Part shown: positions 48,104-62,033 of the stretch, in pieces | How the letters are laid out: the number at the start of each line of letters is the position of its first letter | Numbering within the stretch: the first letter of the stretch is position 1 | Assembly: GCA_937875495.1 (NCBI GenBank) | Contig: CALLYA010000340.1 | Span: 1 to 62,033, forward strand | Direction of reading: 5' to 3' | DNA from: an uncultured Verrucomicrobiota bacterium | Lineage (GTDB): Bacteria; Verrucomicrobiota; CALLYA01 | Length of the DNA: 62,033 nucleotides | Notes under the pieces: model-generated | What the model saw: only the letters and a program-made list of their open reading frames with translations | Databases searched by the model: none | What the model was told of the DNA's origin: nothing | Made by a program: the position numbers and the translations under genes

Positions 48104-51100
48104 TTACCCAATTGTGCCGTCGCCCACCGGTGGAGTCGGAACGGAATCCCCTCCAGGGATGATGGCGGTGTCCATTTTCGGAACGATCCGGACATTGCGA
48201 TAACGAGGAAAGCCCGTCCCAGCCGGGATCAGGTGCCCCATGATCACGTTCTCCTTGAATCCGCGTAAACGGTCCACCTTGCCCAGGGTCGCCGCCTCGG
48301 TCAAGACGCGGGTCGTGTCCTGGAAGGACGCGGCCGAAATGAAGCTCTCCGTCTCCAAGGACGCCTTGGTGATCCCCAAGAGCACCGGCTGGGCCTCGGC
48401 CGGCTTTCCACCATCCATCTGAATCCGCGCGTTCTCGTCCTCAAAGGTCTGGCGCTCCACCTGCTCACCCCAGACAAAGGCGGTATCCCCCGGATCGGTG
48501 ATCCGGACCTTTCGAAGCATCTGCCGTACGATGATCTCGATGTGCTTGTCGTTGATCTCCACGCCCTGCAGACGGTAGACCTCCTGCACCTCGTTGACCA
48601 GGTACTCCTGGAGCTCCTGTGGTCCGCAAACCTCTAAGATCTCATGCGGAACGACAGGCCCTTCCGTCAGCTGCTGACCCTTCTTCACCTGGTCGCCCTT
48701 GTACACAATGATGTGCTTGCCCATCGGAATGAGGTGCTCTTCCTCTTCCCCTGTCGTCTGGTCCCGAACCAACAGACGTCGACGACCACGAGCCGTACCA
48801 CTCATCTCGACGAACCCGTCGATCTTCGCAATCTCGGCGGCATCCTTCGGACGCCTGGCCTCGAACAGCTCCGCCACCCGGGGCAAGCCGCCGGTGATGT
48901 CCTTGGTCTTGGAAACCTTCCGCGGAGTCTTCGCCAGCAAGGCTCCGGCATCCACCTCTGCACCCTCCTGAACCGTCAGATGCGCGCCGGCCGGAATCGA
49001 GTACGCCATGATCCGCTGTCCCGTCCCGTCCAGGATCACGACCTGAGGATGCAGGTCTTCCTTGTGCTCAATGATCACCGTATCGGTCGACCCCGTCGAT
49101 TCGTTGACCTCCCGCTTCATGGTCACATGTTCGACAATGTCGTGATACTCGATCACACCTTGGAATTCTGTGAGAATCGGGACACTATACGGGTCCCATC
49201 TCACAAAGGCCTCGCCGACCTCGACCTTGCCACCGTCAGGCGTGGTCACCATTGCGCCGATCGGCACAGTGTGACGCTCCAGCTCCCGGCCGTCCTCCGG
49301 GTCCTTGATCACAACAATACCGTTTTTGTTCAAAACAATGCTGTTGCCATCCATCCCGGCGACCGTCCGCAGCTCTCCATACTCCACAATACCCGAGCGC
49401 TTGGCCAAAATATGCGGCTGCTTGAAGGTCTGGCTCGCCGTTCCTCCAATGTGGAATGTGCGCATCGTCAGCTGCGTTCCAGGTTCACCAATCGATTGCG
49501 CGGCAATGATCCCCACCGCTTCGCCCAGCTTGGCCTCCTTGTTGTTGGCCAGATTCCGGCCGTAGCACTTCGAACAGACCCCCGACCGACTCTCGCAGGT
49601 CAAGACGGATCGAATCCGAATCTGCTCAAAGCCAAGGGCCTCAATCGCCGCCGCTTTCTCTTCGGTGATCTCCTCGGCCGCAGCGACAATCACCTTCTCC
49701 GTGATCGGATCGCGAATGTCGTCCGCCGCTACTCGACCCAATGCCCGGTCCCCAATCGTCACGATCTCTTCGTCACCCTCGTAGATCGCCTTGATCAGAA
49801 TTCCGTTGATCGTTCCACAGTCCTCCTCGACAATGATGACGTCCTGCGAGACATCCACCAACTTACGGGTCAAATAGCCGGAGTCGGCCGTCTTCAGGGC
49901 GGTGTCGGCCAAACCCTTACGGGCGCCATGCGTACTGATGAAGTACTCGAGCACGGAGAGGCCTTCACGGAAGTTGGAGGTGATGGGTCGCTCGATGATT
50001 TCACCCGAAGGCTTGGCCATCAGACCACGCATTCCGGCCAACTGCCGGATCTGCTGCTTACTGCCACGCGCGCCGGAGTCCACCATCACATACACCGAGT
50101 TGATCCGATCCTCGTAGATGTCCTCCTCCATACGGTGGAACATCGCCGCCGAGATCTCGTCGGTCGCATGCGTCCAAATGTCGATAATCTTGTTGTACCG
50201 CTCACCATCGGTGATCACACCCTGGTGGAATTGGTCCTCAACCTCCCGGATCTCTTCCCGGGCATGCGCCAGAATCGGGACCTTCTCCTCAGGAATCAAC
50301 ATGTCGTCGATTCCAATGGAGATCCCCGCCTTCGTCGCCTCTTCAAACCCAAGGGTCTTGATGTCGTCGAGCACACGCACCGTCTCGTCGTGCCCAGCGA
50401 GCTGGTAGCATCGCCACAGCAGCTCCCCAAGCGCCTTCTTGCCGACGTTCTTGTTGTAAAATCCAAGGACCTCCGGCCACGGCTCGTTGAAGATGATGCG
50501 CCCGACCGTGGTGCGGATCATCGGCGATTTCGCGTCGCCAAAGAAGGTCTCTTTCCCGAGATCCGGATTGCGCAACCGGAGCTCCGAATGCAGCCTCAAG
50601 GCACCCTCTTCGAAGGCATAGAGCACGTCTTCCTGCGTTGCAAACGCCGGCAGGGTGCGAACGTAGGCCTCCTCGTCACCCCCCTGGGACAACCGCAGCC
50701 GACGCTGCTTCTGGATCCAAAGGTCGTTGGTCAGATAGTAAGACCCGAGGGTGATGTCCTGGGTCGGCGTCGTGATCGGTTTCCCGCTGGAAGGCGAGAA
50801 AATGTTGTTGGGCGCCAGCATCAACAGCCGTGCCTCGAGCTGGGCCTCCGTGGAAAGTGGGACATGCACCGCCATCTGGTCTCCGTCGAAGTCCGCGTTG
50901 TATGCAGTACAGACCAAGGGGTGGATCCTGATGGCCTCACCCTCGATCAGGACGGGGTCAAAGGCCTGGATGCTGAGCCGGTGCAGGGTCGGCGCGCGGT
51001 TGAGCATCACCGGGTGGCCCTTGGTGACCTCCTCGAGGATGTCCCAAACCTCCGGGGATTCGCGCTCAATCATCTTCTTCGCGCTGCGAACCGTGTGCAC

Positions 51101-52276
51101 ATAGCCCAGCTCTTTGAGCCGCCGGATAATGAACGGCTCGAACAGGACCAAGGCCATCTTCTTCGGCAGCCCACACTGACCGAGCTTCAGCTCCGGACCG
51201 ATCACGATGACCGATCTTCCGGAGTAGTCGACACGCTTTCCGAGCAGGTTCTGGCGGAAACGTCCCTGCTTGCCCTTCAGCATGTCACTCAGCGATTTCA
51301 GTGGACGGTTGCCGGCACCCGTCACGGCCCGTCCGTGACGGCCGTTGTCGAACAACGCGTCGACAGCCTCCTGCAACATCCGCTTCTCATTGCGGATGAT
51401 CACATCCGGAGTCTTCAGTTGCAGCAGGTTCTTCAGCCGGTTGTTTCGGTTGATCACTCGGCGGTACAGATCGTTCAAGTCGCTGGTGGCAAAGCGCCCG
51501 CCCTCCAGAGGGACCAACGGCCTGAGATCCGGCGGAATCACCGGCAAGACGTCGAGAATCATCCATTCAGGCCGGCTCCGTGAGTCACGGAACCCTTCCG
51601 TGATCTTCAGACGCTTGGCCAGCTTCTTCCGGATCTGCTTGCTCCGGGTCTGGTTCATATCCTCACCGATCTGCACGAGCAACTCGTCCAGGTCGATCTT
51701 GGCAAGGAGTTCACGAATCGCATCGGCACCCATTTTGGCCGTGAAAGACTCGCGACCATATTGCTCCTGCGCCTCACGGTACTCCATCTCGTTGAGGAGC
51801 TGCTTCTCCTGCAACGGCGTGGTCCCGGGGTCCACGACCATGTAGTCCTCGTAATACAAGACCCGCTCCAGCTCCCGCGAAGTGACGTCAAGCAGGAGTC
51901 CCAGCCGACTGGGCAGGCACTTGAAAAACCAGATGTGGGAGACAGGAACTGCCAGCTCGATGTGGCCCATTCGTTCCCGACGCACCCGAGAGAGAGTCAC
52001 CTCAACCCCACAGCGATCGCAGATGATCCCGCGGTGCTTGATCCTCTTGTACTTACCGCAACTGCATTCCCAATCCCGGATCGGACCGAAAATGCGCTCG
52101 CAGAAGAGCCCTCCCTTTTCGGGCTTGAATGTCCGGTAGTTGATCGTCTCGGGGTTTTTTACCTCACCACGACTCCAGGAGCGGATGGTTTCCGGAGACG
52201 CCACCCGGATGCTGACATGATCGAAACCCTCCTGGCGATCCAGGCCTAAAAGTTGTCGCGCGCTTGTTTTGCTCAA
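48104..52276 (-). CDS. rpoC: DNA-directed RNA polymerase subunit beta'
   Basis: 1390 aa. Zn-finger [23 protein letters not shown] and catalytic NADFDGD. Confidence 0.98.
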   Translation of the reverse strand: MSKTSARQLLGLDRQEGFDHVSIRVASPETIRSWSRGEVKNPETINYRTFKPEKGGLFCERIFGPIRDWECSCGKYKRIKHRGIICDRCGVEVTLSRVRRERMGHIELAVPVSHIWFFKCLPSRLGLLLDVTSRELERVLYYEDYMVVDPGTTPLQEKQLLNEMEYREAQEQYGRESFTAKMGADAIRELLAKIDLDELLVQIGEDMNQTRSKQIRKKLAKRLKITEGFRDSRSRPEWMILDVLPVIPPDLRPLVPLEGGRFATSDLNDLYRRVINRNNRLKNLLQLKTPDVIIRNEKRMLQEAVDALFDNGRHGRAVTGAGNRPLKSLSDMLKGKQGRFRQNLLGKRVDYSGRSVIVIGPELKLGQCGLPKKMALVLFEPFIIRRLKELGYVHTVRSAKKMIERESPEVWDILEEVTKGHPVMLNRAPTLHRLSIQAFDPVLIEGEAIRIHPLVCTAYNADFDGDQMAVHVPLSTEAQLEARLLMLAPNNIFSPSSGKPITTPTQDITLGSYYLTNDLWIQKQRRLRLSQGGDEEAYVRTLPAFATQEDVLYAFEEGALRLHSELRLRNPDLGKETFFGDAKSPMIRTTVGRIIFNEPWPEVLGFYNKNVGKKALGELLWRCYQLAGHDETVRVLDDIKTLGFEEATKAGISIGIDDMLIPEEKVPILAHAREEIREVEDQFHQGVITDGERYNKIIDIWTHATDEISAAMFHRMEEDIYEDRINSVYVMVDSGARGSKQQIRQLAGMRGLMAKPSGEIIERPITSNFREGLSVLEYFISTHGARKGLADTALKTADSGYLTRKLVDVSQDVIIVEEDCGTINGILIKAIYEGDEEIVTIGDRALGRVAADDIRDPITEKVIVAAAEEITEEKAAAIEALGFEQIRIRSVLTCESRSGVCSKCYGRNLANNKEAKLGEAVGIIAAQSIGEPGTQLTMRTFHIGGTASQTFKQPHILAKRSGIVEYGELRTVAGMDGNSIVLNKNGIVVIKDPEDGRELERHTVPIGAMVTTPDGGKVEVGEAFVRWDPYSVPILTEFQGVIEYHDIVEHVTMKREVNESTGSTDTVIIEHKEDLHPQVVILDGTGQRIMAYSIPAGAHLTVQEGAEVDAGALLAKTPRKVSKTKDITGGLPRVAELFEARRPKDAAEIAKIDGFVEMSGTARGRRRLLVRDQTTGEEEEHLIPMGKHIIVYKGDQVKKGQQLTEGPVVPHEILEVCGPQELQEYLVNEVQEVYRLQGVEINDKHIEIIVRQMLRKVRITDPGDTAFVWGEQVERQTFEDENARIQMDGGKPAEAQPVLLGITKASLETESFISAASFQDTTRVLTEAATLGKVDRLRGFKENVIMGHLIPAGTGFPRYRNVRIVPKMDTAIIPGGDSVPTPPVGDGTIG

Positions 52277-52378
52277 AGCTGACCCTCCGAACGAAGGAAA
52301 GAAAAGATGGGTGGGTGGATGGAGAAATGATGCGGCGGGGCCGCCGTTGGACGGCCCCGTCCGCCTGGAATCTTGAAC

Positions 52379-56131
<3,753 letters not shown>

Positions 56132-56361
56132 ACGCTCCAATGACCTCCTGAGAGGAGTTATCTGACGTTCCAATTCGGGAAGACCCGATAGGGGGAAAAG
56201 TGTCAAACCGATTCCCCAAGGACTGAACCGGCTTGCGCGTTGGCGGGTTGCCACCGCGTTGCTCCCAAAACCCGCACCGCATGAAGCTGTGCGATGGACC
56301 ATGCGATGCATGGACCGTGCAATTTTTGCTCTTTTTCCACAAATATAATAAAGGCGGGTCA

Positions 56362-56396
56362 AGGCCGAATCCCTTTTTTCCGGAGAGATTCGGCCT
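56362..56396 (-). promoter_or_regulatory. hairpin (possible attenuator) just downstream of rplL
   Basis: 10-bp stem AGGCCGAATC (56362-56371) / GATTCGGCCT (56387-56396), followed on the minus strand by the AT-rich CCTTTATTATATTTGTGGAAAAAG. Confidence 0.4.
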
Positions 56397-56435
56397 CAAC
56401 CAGTCCTAAGTACAAGGCTGTGAATCAGCCGAGCA

Positions 56436-56861
56436 TTATTTGATTTCGATGACGGCGCCGGCGGACTCGAGCTTGTTTTTCAGCTCCTCGGCCTCTTCCT
56501 TGGTCACGCCCTCTTTGACGGTCTTCGGGGCACCATCCACAAGCTCTTTGGCCTCTTTCAGACCAAGACTCGTGATGGCACGGACCTCTTTGATGACCTG
56601 GATCTTCTTTTCGCCGGCGGATACCAGGACGACATCAAAGGAATCCTTCTCTGCCTCGGCCTCCACCGCGCCAGCTCCACCCATCATTCCCATCGGCATT
56701 GCAGCCATCGGGGCAGCAGCCGTTACGCCAAGGCGCTCTTCAAGAGCCTTGACCAGCTTGCTGAGCTCGAGCACGGTCATGTTCTCCACCCACTGGATGA
56801 ACTGATCCATCTCAGGGGTAACTTCCACTGCTGCCTTTTGGTCGGTCGTCTCTTCGGACAT
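56436..56861 (-). CDS. rplL: 50S ribosomal protein L7/L12
   Basis: Start trimmed to ATG 56861 behind GAAGGAG. Ala/Gly hinge and C-terminal [12 protein letters not shown]. Confidence 0.95.
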   Translation of the reverse strand: MSEETTDQKAAVEVTPEMDQFIQWVENMTVLELSKLVKALEERLGVTAAAPMAAMPMGMMGGAGAVEAEAEKDSFDVVLVSAGEKKIQVIKEVRAITSLGLKEAKELVDGAPKTVKEGVTKEEAEELKNKLESAGAVIEIK

Positions 56862-56881
56862 CGATCTTACTCCTTCAGGTT

Positions 56882-56910
56882 GTGCCGGTTCCGCGATTGT
56901 GAACCGGCAC
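56882..56910 (-). promoter_or_regulatory. 10-bp hairpin immediately upstream of the rplL SD
   Basis: GTGCCGGTTC (56882-56891) / GAACCGGCAC (56901-56910), within the 176-nt rplJ-rplL spacer. Confidence 0.4.
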
Positions 56911-57037
56911 AAATGATGCATTTCAGTTTTGAGCCCTCGCGCCTGTCAGGCCCGTCGGCTCGACCGCATCCTGTTTCAGAATGGTTGTGGCCTCCAGGAT
57001 CATCAAAGCGATCCGGATTACGCCAGCTCTCCTCAAA

Positions 57038-57565
57038 TCAGGAATCACCTTCCAGCTTACGCTCGTAAGCCTTCAGCACGTTCACAATGCTGCTTGCCGC
57101 GGCATTCAAGACGCCGACGAGGTTGGCAGCGGGCGCGTTCATTACGCCCAACAACTGTGCATACAAGATCTCGCGGGAGGGAAGATCGGCGATGGCGTTC
57201 ACATCGTTGGCCGTCAGAACCGCCTGCTGAAGCACTCCACCCCGAACCTGCAAAGGCTCACGGTCCTTCGCGAATTCCTTGATGATCTTGGCCGCCGCAG
57301 AGACGTCTCCACGACCCACAACGATCGCCGTCGGCCCCGTCAACAGATCATCGACCGCCCCCTCCTTCACCCCCATCTCGGTTACGACCCGCTTGAGGAG
57401 CGAATTCTTGACCACGTGAATCTCTGCGTCCGCAGCTTCGAGCTTGATACGCAAATCAGTGAACTGCTCGACGGAAAGGCCTAGGTAGTGCGTCGCGATG
57501 ACATAGTCACTCTGCGAAACGATCTCTTCGATCTGAAGGATCAGATACTTTTTTTCCGGACGCAT
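57038..57565 (-). CDS. rplJ: 50S ribosomal protein L10
   Basis: 175 aa with an L10 pattern (..FTDLRIKLEAADAEIHVVKNSL..). Starts 3 nt after the rplA stop. Confidence 0.93.
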   Translation of the reverse strand: MRPEKKYLILQIEEIVSQSDYVIATHYLGLSVEQFTDLRIKLEAADAEIHVVKNSLLKRVVTEMGVKEGAVDDLLTGPTAIVVGRGDVSAAAKIIKEFAKDREPLQVRGGVLQQAVLTANDVNAIADLPSREILYAQLLGVMNAPAANLVGVLNAAASSIVNVLKAYERKLEGDS

Positions 57566-57568
57566 GGA

Positions 57569-58270
57569 TCACCCCTTCGAAAGTTCGCGAGCATCAAGCG
57601 TAATGCCCGGCGACATCGTCGAACAGATCGTTACGCTTTGAATGTAAATACCCTTCGCGGCCGTCGGCTTCGCCTTGTTGATCGCATCCCACACCGCCAC
57701 CGCGTTGTCCTTCAACTGCTCAGCAGAGAAACTCTTCTTGCCGATCGGGACATGCACGTTCGCCGTCCGGTCATTGCGATACTCCACCTTGCCGGCCTTG
57801 ACCTCCTGGACCGCCTTCGCCACGTCGTCAGTCACCGTTCCGACCTTTGGATTCGGCATCAAGCCACGGGGACCCAACACACGTCCGAGCTTGCGGACCT
57901 CTTTCATCGTCTCCGGCGTCGCGATCGCCACATCGAAATCGACCCAGCCTTCTTTCTGGATCTTCTCGACAAACTCTTCATATCCAACATGTTCCGCACC
58001 GGCCTCTTTGGCCGCTTCGGCCTGCTGACCCGTCGCAAAGACCATGACCTTGACCTCCCGACCACTTCCGTGGGGCAGCTTCAAGGTTCCACGCACCATC
58101 TGATCCGCCTGCCGAGGATCGATGCCCAAATGCATCGCCATCTCGACCGTCTCGTCAAACTTCGCGTTCGGAAACTCTTTGAGCACGGCAAGCGCACCCT
58201 CAAGCTCATAAGTCTTCTGCCGATCGATCTGCTCGACCGCCTTGCTGTATCGTTTGCCTTTACGCGGCAT
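57569..58270 (-). CDS. rplA: 50S ribosomal protein L1
   Basis: Start trimmed to ATG 58270 ([13 protein letters not shown]). Contains [12 protein letters not shown] motif. Confidence 0.95.
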   Translation of the reverse strand: MPRKGKRYSKAVEQIDRQKTYELEGALAVLKEFPNAKFDETVEMAMHLGIDPRQADQMVRGTLKLPHGSGREVKVMVFATGQQAEAAKEAGAEHVGYEEFVEKIQKEGWVDFDVAIATPETMKEVRKLGRVLGPRGLMPNPKVGTVTDDVAKAVQEVKAGKVEYRNDRTANVHVPIGKKSFSAEQLKDNAVAVWDAINKAKPTAAKGIYIQSVTICSTMSPGITLDARELSKG

Positions 58271-58694
58271 CGTCGACCACCTCGATTCCCATGCTGCGCG
58301 CCGTTCCCTCAATTAACCGCACCGCGGCTTCGAGATCACGGGCATTGAGATCTACCATCTTGGTTTGAGCGATCTGCTCGACCTGCGCGCGGGTGACCTT
58401 GCCAACCTTGTCCCGTAAGGGATTGGCTGAACCCTTGGCCAACCCAGCCGCCGTTTTCAACAAAACGGCCGCCGGCGGACTCTTCGTGATAAAGGTAAAC
58501 GAGCGATCCTGATAAATCGTGATCACCACGGGTGTAACCAAACCCGCCTTGTCCTGCGTCATGGCGTTGAACGCCTTGCAGAACTCCATGATGTTGACGC
58601 CGTGTTGACCCAAAGACGGGCCTACGGGAGGCGCGGGATTGGCCTGGCCCGCAGGAATCTGCAGCCGCACCGTAGCCGTTATCTTTTTTGCCAT
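58260..58694 (-). CDS. rplK: 50S ribosomal protein L11
   Basis: Start trimmed to ATG 58694 ([34 protein letters not shown]). Confidence 0.95.
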   Translation of the reverse strand: MAKKITATVRLQIPAGQANPAPPVGPSLGQHGVNIMEFCKAFNAMTQDKAGLVTPVVITIYQDRSFTFITKSPPAAVLLKTAAGLAKGSANPLRDKVGKVTRAQVEQIAQTKMVDLNARDLEAAVRLIEGTARSMGIEVVDDAA

Positions 58695-58779
58695 GCCGTT
58701 GCCTACCCCTCTGAAGGGACGTCTGTTATCCGACCGCGTCCGCCCCGCTCCGCTCCCGGCACGCGACGCTCTGTCGGAC

Positions 58780-59355
58780 TCACGTCCTCTCAACCTGCCA
58801 ATATTCCAATTCCACGGGCGTGGACCGGCCAAAAATCGAAACCGAGATCTTCAGCTTCCCACGCTCCGGGTCCACTTCCTCGATTACCCCAGTGAAGTTC
58901 AAGAAAGGACCGTCCGTCACCTTGACCGACTCTCCCATCTCGTACGCCACCTTCGGGGCCACCTTGCTGCGCTTTTCGTCGATTTGCGAAAGCATGTTGT
59001 CCACTTCGTCGGGACGGAGCGGAACCGGATTGTCCCCTCCGACGAAGCCGATCACGCCCGGGGTCGCCTTGATAAAATACCAGGCGCGCTCTATCAGCTG
59101 GTTCCCCTCGTCATATAGACGCATGTTCACCAGCAGATATCCCGGATAAAACATCCTCGAAATGGTCCGCTTCTGACCGTGCTTGACCTCCGAGACCTTT
59201 TCAGTCGGGAGGAGCACTTCGAAAATCAGATCCTCGAGCTCTTCCGCCTGGATCCGCTTCTCAATGCTCTCCTTGGCCTTGCGCTCCTGGCCCGAAAGGG
59301 TGTGAAGCACAAACCACTGGGCATTTGGATGATCTCTTGTGGTTTCCTCGGTCAT
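58780..59355 (-). CDS. nusG: transcription termination/antitermination factor NusG
   Basis: Start ATG 59355 ([18 protein letters not shown]). NGN domain and C-terminal KOW ([18 protein letters not shown]). Confidence 0.93.
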   Translation of the reverse strand: MTEETTRDHPNAQWFVLHTLSGQERKAKESIEKRIQAEELEDLIFEVLLPTEKVSEVKHGQKRTISRMFYPGYLLVNMRLYDEGNQLIERAWYFIKATPGVIGFVGGDNPVPLRPDEVDNMLSQIDEKRSKVAPKVAYEMGESVKVTDGPFLNFTGVIEEVDPERGKLKISVSIFGRSTPVELEYWQVERT

Positions 59356-59474
59356 TTGCAGGACCCCCGTCTGAAAAAAAAGGATCAGGGACACTCCGCC
59401 CCTGAAATTTCGGCCCGTCCAGCAGCGGCCTCAAAGCGCGTTCATTGCCGTGCAACCCGCGCACCCTGCTCACA

Positions 59475-59708
59475 TCAGAACAAGAGCCGCATCGCCAACT
59501 GAAAAACAAAGTCGCAAATGGCCACATATACCGCGACCAACACAACAGAGACGATCACGACCATCGTCGACTCCATCAGCTCCGGCCTGCTCGGCCAGAC
59601 CGACTTTCTCAACTCCTGGATCATCTCCTCCCAGAAACGCTGCACCCTCTTGAAGATGCTCGGCCTTCCTGCGACAGCTTTTTTGTGCTTGGTTGTGCTC
59701 ACCGACAT
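59475..59708 (-). CDS. secE: preprotein translocase subunit SecE
   Basis: 77 aa. ELRKSVWPSRPEL followed by a single TM. Sits between tRNA-Trp and nusG. Confidence 0.9.
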   Translation of the reverse strand: MSVSTTKHKKAVAGRPSIFKRVQRFWEEMIQELRKSVWPSRPELMESTMVVIVSVVLVAVYVAICDFVFQLAMRLLF

Positions 59709-59746
59709 GACCTTGAAACCTTTTCCCTTAGCCGCCGACCGCTGGG

Positions 59747-59823
59747 TGGCAGGGCAGGAGGGACTCGAACCCCCAACCCTCGGTTTTGGAGACCGATGCT
59801 CTAGCCAATTGAGCTACTGCCCT
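59747..59823 (-). tRNA. trnW: tRNA-Trp (anticodon CCA)
   Basis: Hand-folded cloverleaf: AGGGCAG TA GCTC AATTGGCTA GAGC A TCGGT CTCCAAA ACCGA GGGTT GGGGG TTCGAGT CCCTC CTGCCCT G CCA. The CCA is encoded. Confidence 0.93.
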
Positions 59824-60092
59824 TCGAATGCGACCATCCGCCAGTGGTTTAGACCGCGCGATATGGACGTTTTGCAATTATCTCCGACTTCAGCGTGCAA
59901 ATCAAGCCAGAAGTCGCTTCTTTTCTTGAGACCTTTCGCCTGCCCCTGGTCGCGGCAAGGCTTGCTATCCGGGAACGGACAGGCGGGAGCCTGGCCCCCG
60001 CCTGTTCAAGCCTGTCTTCACCGCATACCCGGCCCTCGAAAGCGGATGTTAAATCCCTGGAGCCGGTAGGGCGCTCGGCCTCTCAGTGCCGA

Positions 60093-61286
60093 TTATTCCT
60101 CGATCGCGATGACCTGGCCCGCACCAACCGTGCGGCCACCCTCACGAATCGCGAAACGGAGACCCTTCTCCATCGCGATCGGGTTGATCAGCTCGATCTG
60201 CATCTCAATGTTGTCACCAGGCATCACCATCTCCACACCCTCGGGGAGATTCGCGACACCGGTCACATCCGTCGTGCGGAAGTAAAACTGGGGACGGTAT
60301 CCGGTGAAGAACGGCGTGTGACGACCACCCTCTTCCCGGCTCAGCACGTAAACCTGGCCCTTGAACTTCGTGTGCGGGGTGATCGAACCAGGCACCGCAA
60401 GCACCTGACCACGCTCCACCTCGTCCTTCTTGATGCCGCGCAGGAGGCAGCCGACGTTGTCACCGGCCTCGCCCTGATCAAGGAGCTTCTTGAACATCTC
60501 AACGCCCGTGACCGTCGTCTTGACCGTCGGACGAATCCCGATGATCTCCACCACGTCGCCGACATGGACCACACCGCGCTCAATACGGCCGGTCACCACG
60601 GTTCCACGACCTTCAATGCTGAAGACGTCTTCGATCGGCATCAGGTACGGCTGATCGATCGGACGGGTGGGCAACGGGATGTATGCATCCACCGCGTCGA
60701 TAAGCTCCATGATGCACTTCGTGTCCGGTGAGGTCGGATCTCCCGACTCCATCGCCTTGAGCGCACTTCCCTTGATGATGGGAATGTCATCGCCCGGGAA
60801 CTCGTACTGGCTCAGCAGCTCGCGAACCTCCAGCTCCACCAACTCCAAAAGCTCTTCATCGTCGACCATGTCCACTTTGTTCATGAAGACGACGATCGCC
60901 GGGACTCCGACCTGGCGCGCCAAAAGGATGTGCTCCCGCGTCTGCGGCATGGGACCGTCCGCGGCGCTGACCACGAGGATCGCCCCGTCCATCTGAGCAG
61001 CACCCGTAATCATGTTCTTCACGTAGTCCGCATGTCCCGGACAGTCCACGTGCGCGTAATGCCGCGTGTCCGACTCATACTCAACGTGGGCCGTGGCGAT
61101 CGTGATACCGCGCTCACGCTCTTCCGGCGCGTTGTCGATCGAATCGAAATCACGCTTCTCGGCACGCCCCATCGCCGACAAGGTCTTGGTGATGGCACTG
61201 GTGAGAGTGGTCTTCCCGTGGTCGACGTGACCGATTGTTCCTACGTTCACATGAGGCTTGGTGCGCTCGAATTTTGCTTTGGCCAT
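60093..61286 (-). CDS. tuf: elongation factor Tu
   Basis: [41 protein letters not shown]. 397 aa. AAGAGGAGG SD. Confidence 0.98.
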   Translation of the reverse strand: MAKAKFERTKPHVNVGTIGHVDHGKTTLTSAITKTLSAMGRAEKRDFDSIDNAPEERERGITIATAHVEYESDTRHYAHVDCPGHADYVKNMITGAAQMDGAILVVSAADGPMPQTREHILLARQVGVPAIVVFMNKVDMVDDEELLELVELEVRELLSQYEFPGDDIPIIKGSALKAMESGDPTSPDTKCIMELIDAVDAYIPLPTRPIDQPYLMPIEDVFSIEGRGTVVTGRIERGVVHVGDVVEIIGIRPTVKTTVTGVEMFKKLLDQGEAGDNVGCLLRGIKKDEVERGQVLAVPGSITPHTKFKGQVYVLSREEGGRHTPFFTGYRPQFYFRTTDVTGVANLPEGVEMVMPGDNIEMQIELINPIAMEKGLRFAIREGGRTVGAGQVIAIEE

Positions 61287-61492
61287 GAAATGTGCCTCCT
61301 CTTACCGCTCGCCCCGATTTGCACGGTGGGGCTAAGCCCGCATCCTTTTTTTCCGGACACGAATTTTGTTTCCTACCGTTGGTCGCCCCGCACCATGTTA
61401 TGGATGTTTGCCATGTGCAAGAGAGGCGATAGCCCCTTCACCCCGTTCCTCCGGAGATCCAGGCCGAGAAAAAGATCCTTAGAAACAGAAAA

Positions 61493-61568
<76 letters not shown>

Positions 61569-61742
61569 TCTCCGAATTCTGCCAAGGTGACTCGTCCAGC
61601 ACTGTTCCTCTGTCAGGTGCATACCGCGACAGAGGCTTTTGATTGCCGGACTCAAATCGGGACCATCGCGCGAAGAAGGCCTCTTCTTATGCAATGATAC
61701 CGATCCGATTGATCGCTCCAGCGTTTCGCAGATGAGCGTTGC

Positions 61743-61770
61743 AGTATACGAGACCGGCGGCGGCTGTCAA
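61743..61770 (-). promoter_or_regulatory. candidate strong sigma70-type promoter of the tRNA-Thr/tuf unit (TTGACA-N16-TATACT)
   Basis: On the minus strand, a perfect -35 at 61770-61765, a 16-nt spacer and -10 at 61748-61743. About 170 nt upstream of the tRNA-Thr 5' end. Confidence 0.55.
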
Positions 61771-61829
61771 CTCCACCCCGGAAAATTCCCTGGGGAGCAC
61801 CGGCGGCCACGCACTGACTGAACAGACAA

Positions 61830-62020
61830 ACTAGAGAGTCCATTCGTAGGATGCAACTACAGCGCGCATTTTCAACGGCCCCGCCAACGCAGTCCGAAAT
61901 GATCGGTGGCAGAGAAAGCTCGGTCTCGATATCGGTCTCGATTTCGCCCCCGATTCAAAGACGGATTGGACGGATCGGAAACCATTGGCTGGAGGGGCGC
62001 GTCTTTCCGGACGGGGATTA
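61830..62020. repeat. short/degenerate copy of the mosaic repeat (A-type) at the window edge
   Basis: CTAGAGAG...CGGTCTCGATATCGGTCTCGATTTCGCCCCCGATTC..GGACGGATCGGAAACCATTGGCTGGAGGGGCGCGTCTTTCCGGACGGGG parallels 26200-26455. Confidence 0.5.
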
Positions 62021-62033
62021 GCCACAGAGGGCA

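Noticed and set aside
48644-51583. 979-aa ORF antisense to rpoC, with similar long shadow ORFs in rpoB, fusA, priA, tuf and others
   Set aside because: These are shadow ORFs opposite highly conserved genes. Their translations are Arg/Pro/Leu-rich with no recognisable motifs.
56201-56206. Perfect TTGACA (minus strand) in the rpoB leader as an internal promoter
   Set aside because: No acceptable -10 lies 16-18 nt downstream; the sequence there is TCTTCC.
56132-56362. Long N-terminal extensions in ORF-track models (rpoB, fusA 46749-47096, rpsG 47402-47722, rplB, rplV, rplK, tgt, tpiA and others) as possible fusions or pseudogenes
   Set aside because: These are upstream in-frame read-through in stop-poor GC-rich DNA. 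In every case a conserved protein N-terminus with an SD-preceded start lies downstream, and the extensions overlap neighbouring genes or spacers.
59824-60092. Search for rpmG (L33) or another small gene in the 269-nt tuf-tRNA-Trp spacer
   Set aside because: The only minus-strand ATGs open frames of a few codons (ATG CGG TGA at 60026). There is no L33-like sequence. The spacer holds only a 9-bp hairpin (ACAGGCGGG..CCCGCCTGT) without a U tract.
61607-61641. Plus-strand terminator-like hairpin CCTCTGTC-N13-GACAGAGG-CTTTTG with no + strand gene to terminate
   Set aside because: It lies inside the minus-strand leader between the TTGACA-N16-TATACT promoter and tRNA-Thr. It is better explained as leader secondary structure than as an orphan terminator.

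Overview
GC-rich bacterial chromosome segment made almost entirely of core housekeeping genes. By gene order and protein sequences it looks PVC/Verrucomicrobia-like, but I cannot verify this without a search. Left part (1-27.6 kb): a secreted beta-helix protein and ppdK on the + strand. A minus-strand run follows: peptide ABC transporter (SBP, 2 permeases, 2 ATPases), tgt, yajC, secDF. Then tpiA-secG, an unusual alphaCTD/sigma-region-4 protein, an LptF/G permease, a minus-strand MsbA-like-priA-GT4 run, trxB and a dimeric-dUTPase-like gene. Right part (28.2-61.8 kb): one uninterrupted minus-strand translation/transcription supercluster. Its order is promoter, tRNA-Thr, tuf, tRNA-Trp, secE, nusG, rplKAJL, rpoBC, rpsLG, fusA, the S10 block, the spc block, secY, map, infA, rpmJ, rpsMKD, rpoA, rplQ. 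rpmD, adk and rpmG are absent from their usual slots. rpmJ (below the ORF-track size cut-off) and both tRNAs were found by hand. Many ORF-track starts were trimmed to SD-supported starts. The most interesting items are: (1) a 321-aa membrane-anchored coiled-coil gene inserted between rpsS and rplV inside the S10 operon; (2) a dispersed modular MITE/BIME-like intergenic repeat family at six loci, with inverted CCGAAAAGG/CCTTTTCGG termini, a conserved junction motif and an internal GATC-phased 9-bp microsatellite; (3) one full-length repeat module that carries a good sigma70-type promoter aimed at a strong intrinsic terminator, giving a candidate sRNA of about 195 nt; (4) a strongly divergent IF-1; (5) unusually long, structured spacers inside the rif/str region. 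I saw no CRISPR array, transposase, integrase or recognisable defence or secondary-metabolite genes.
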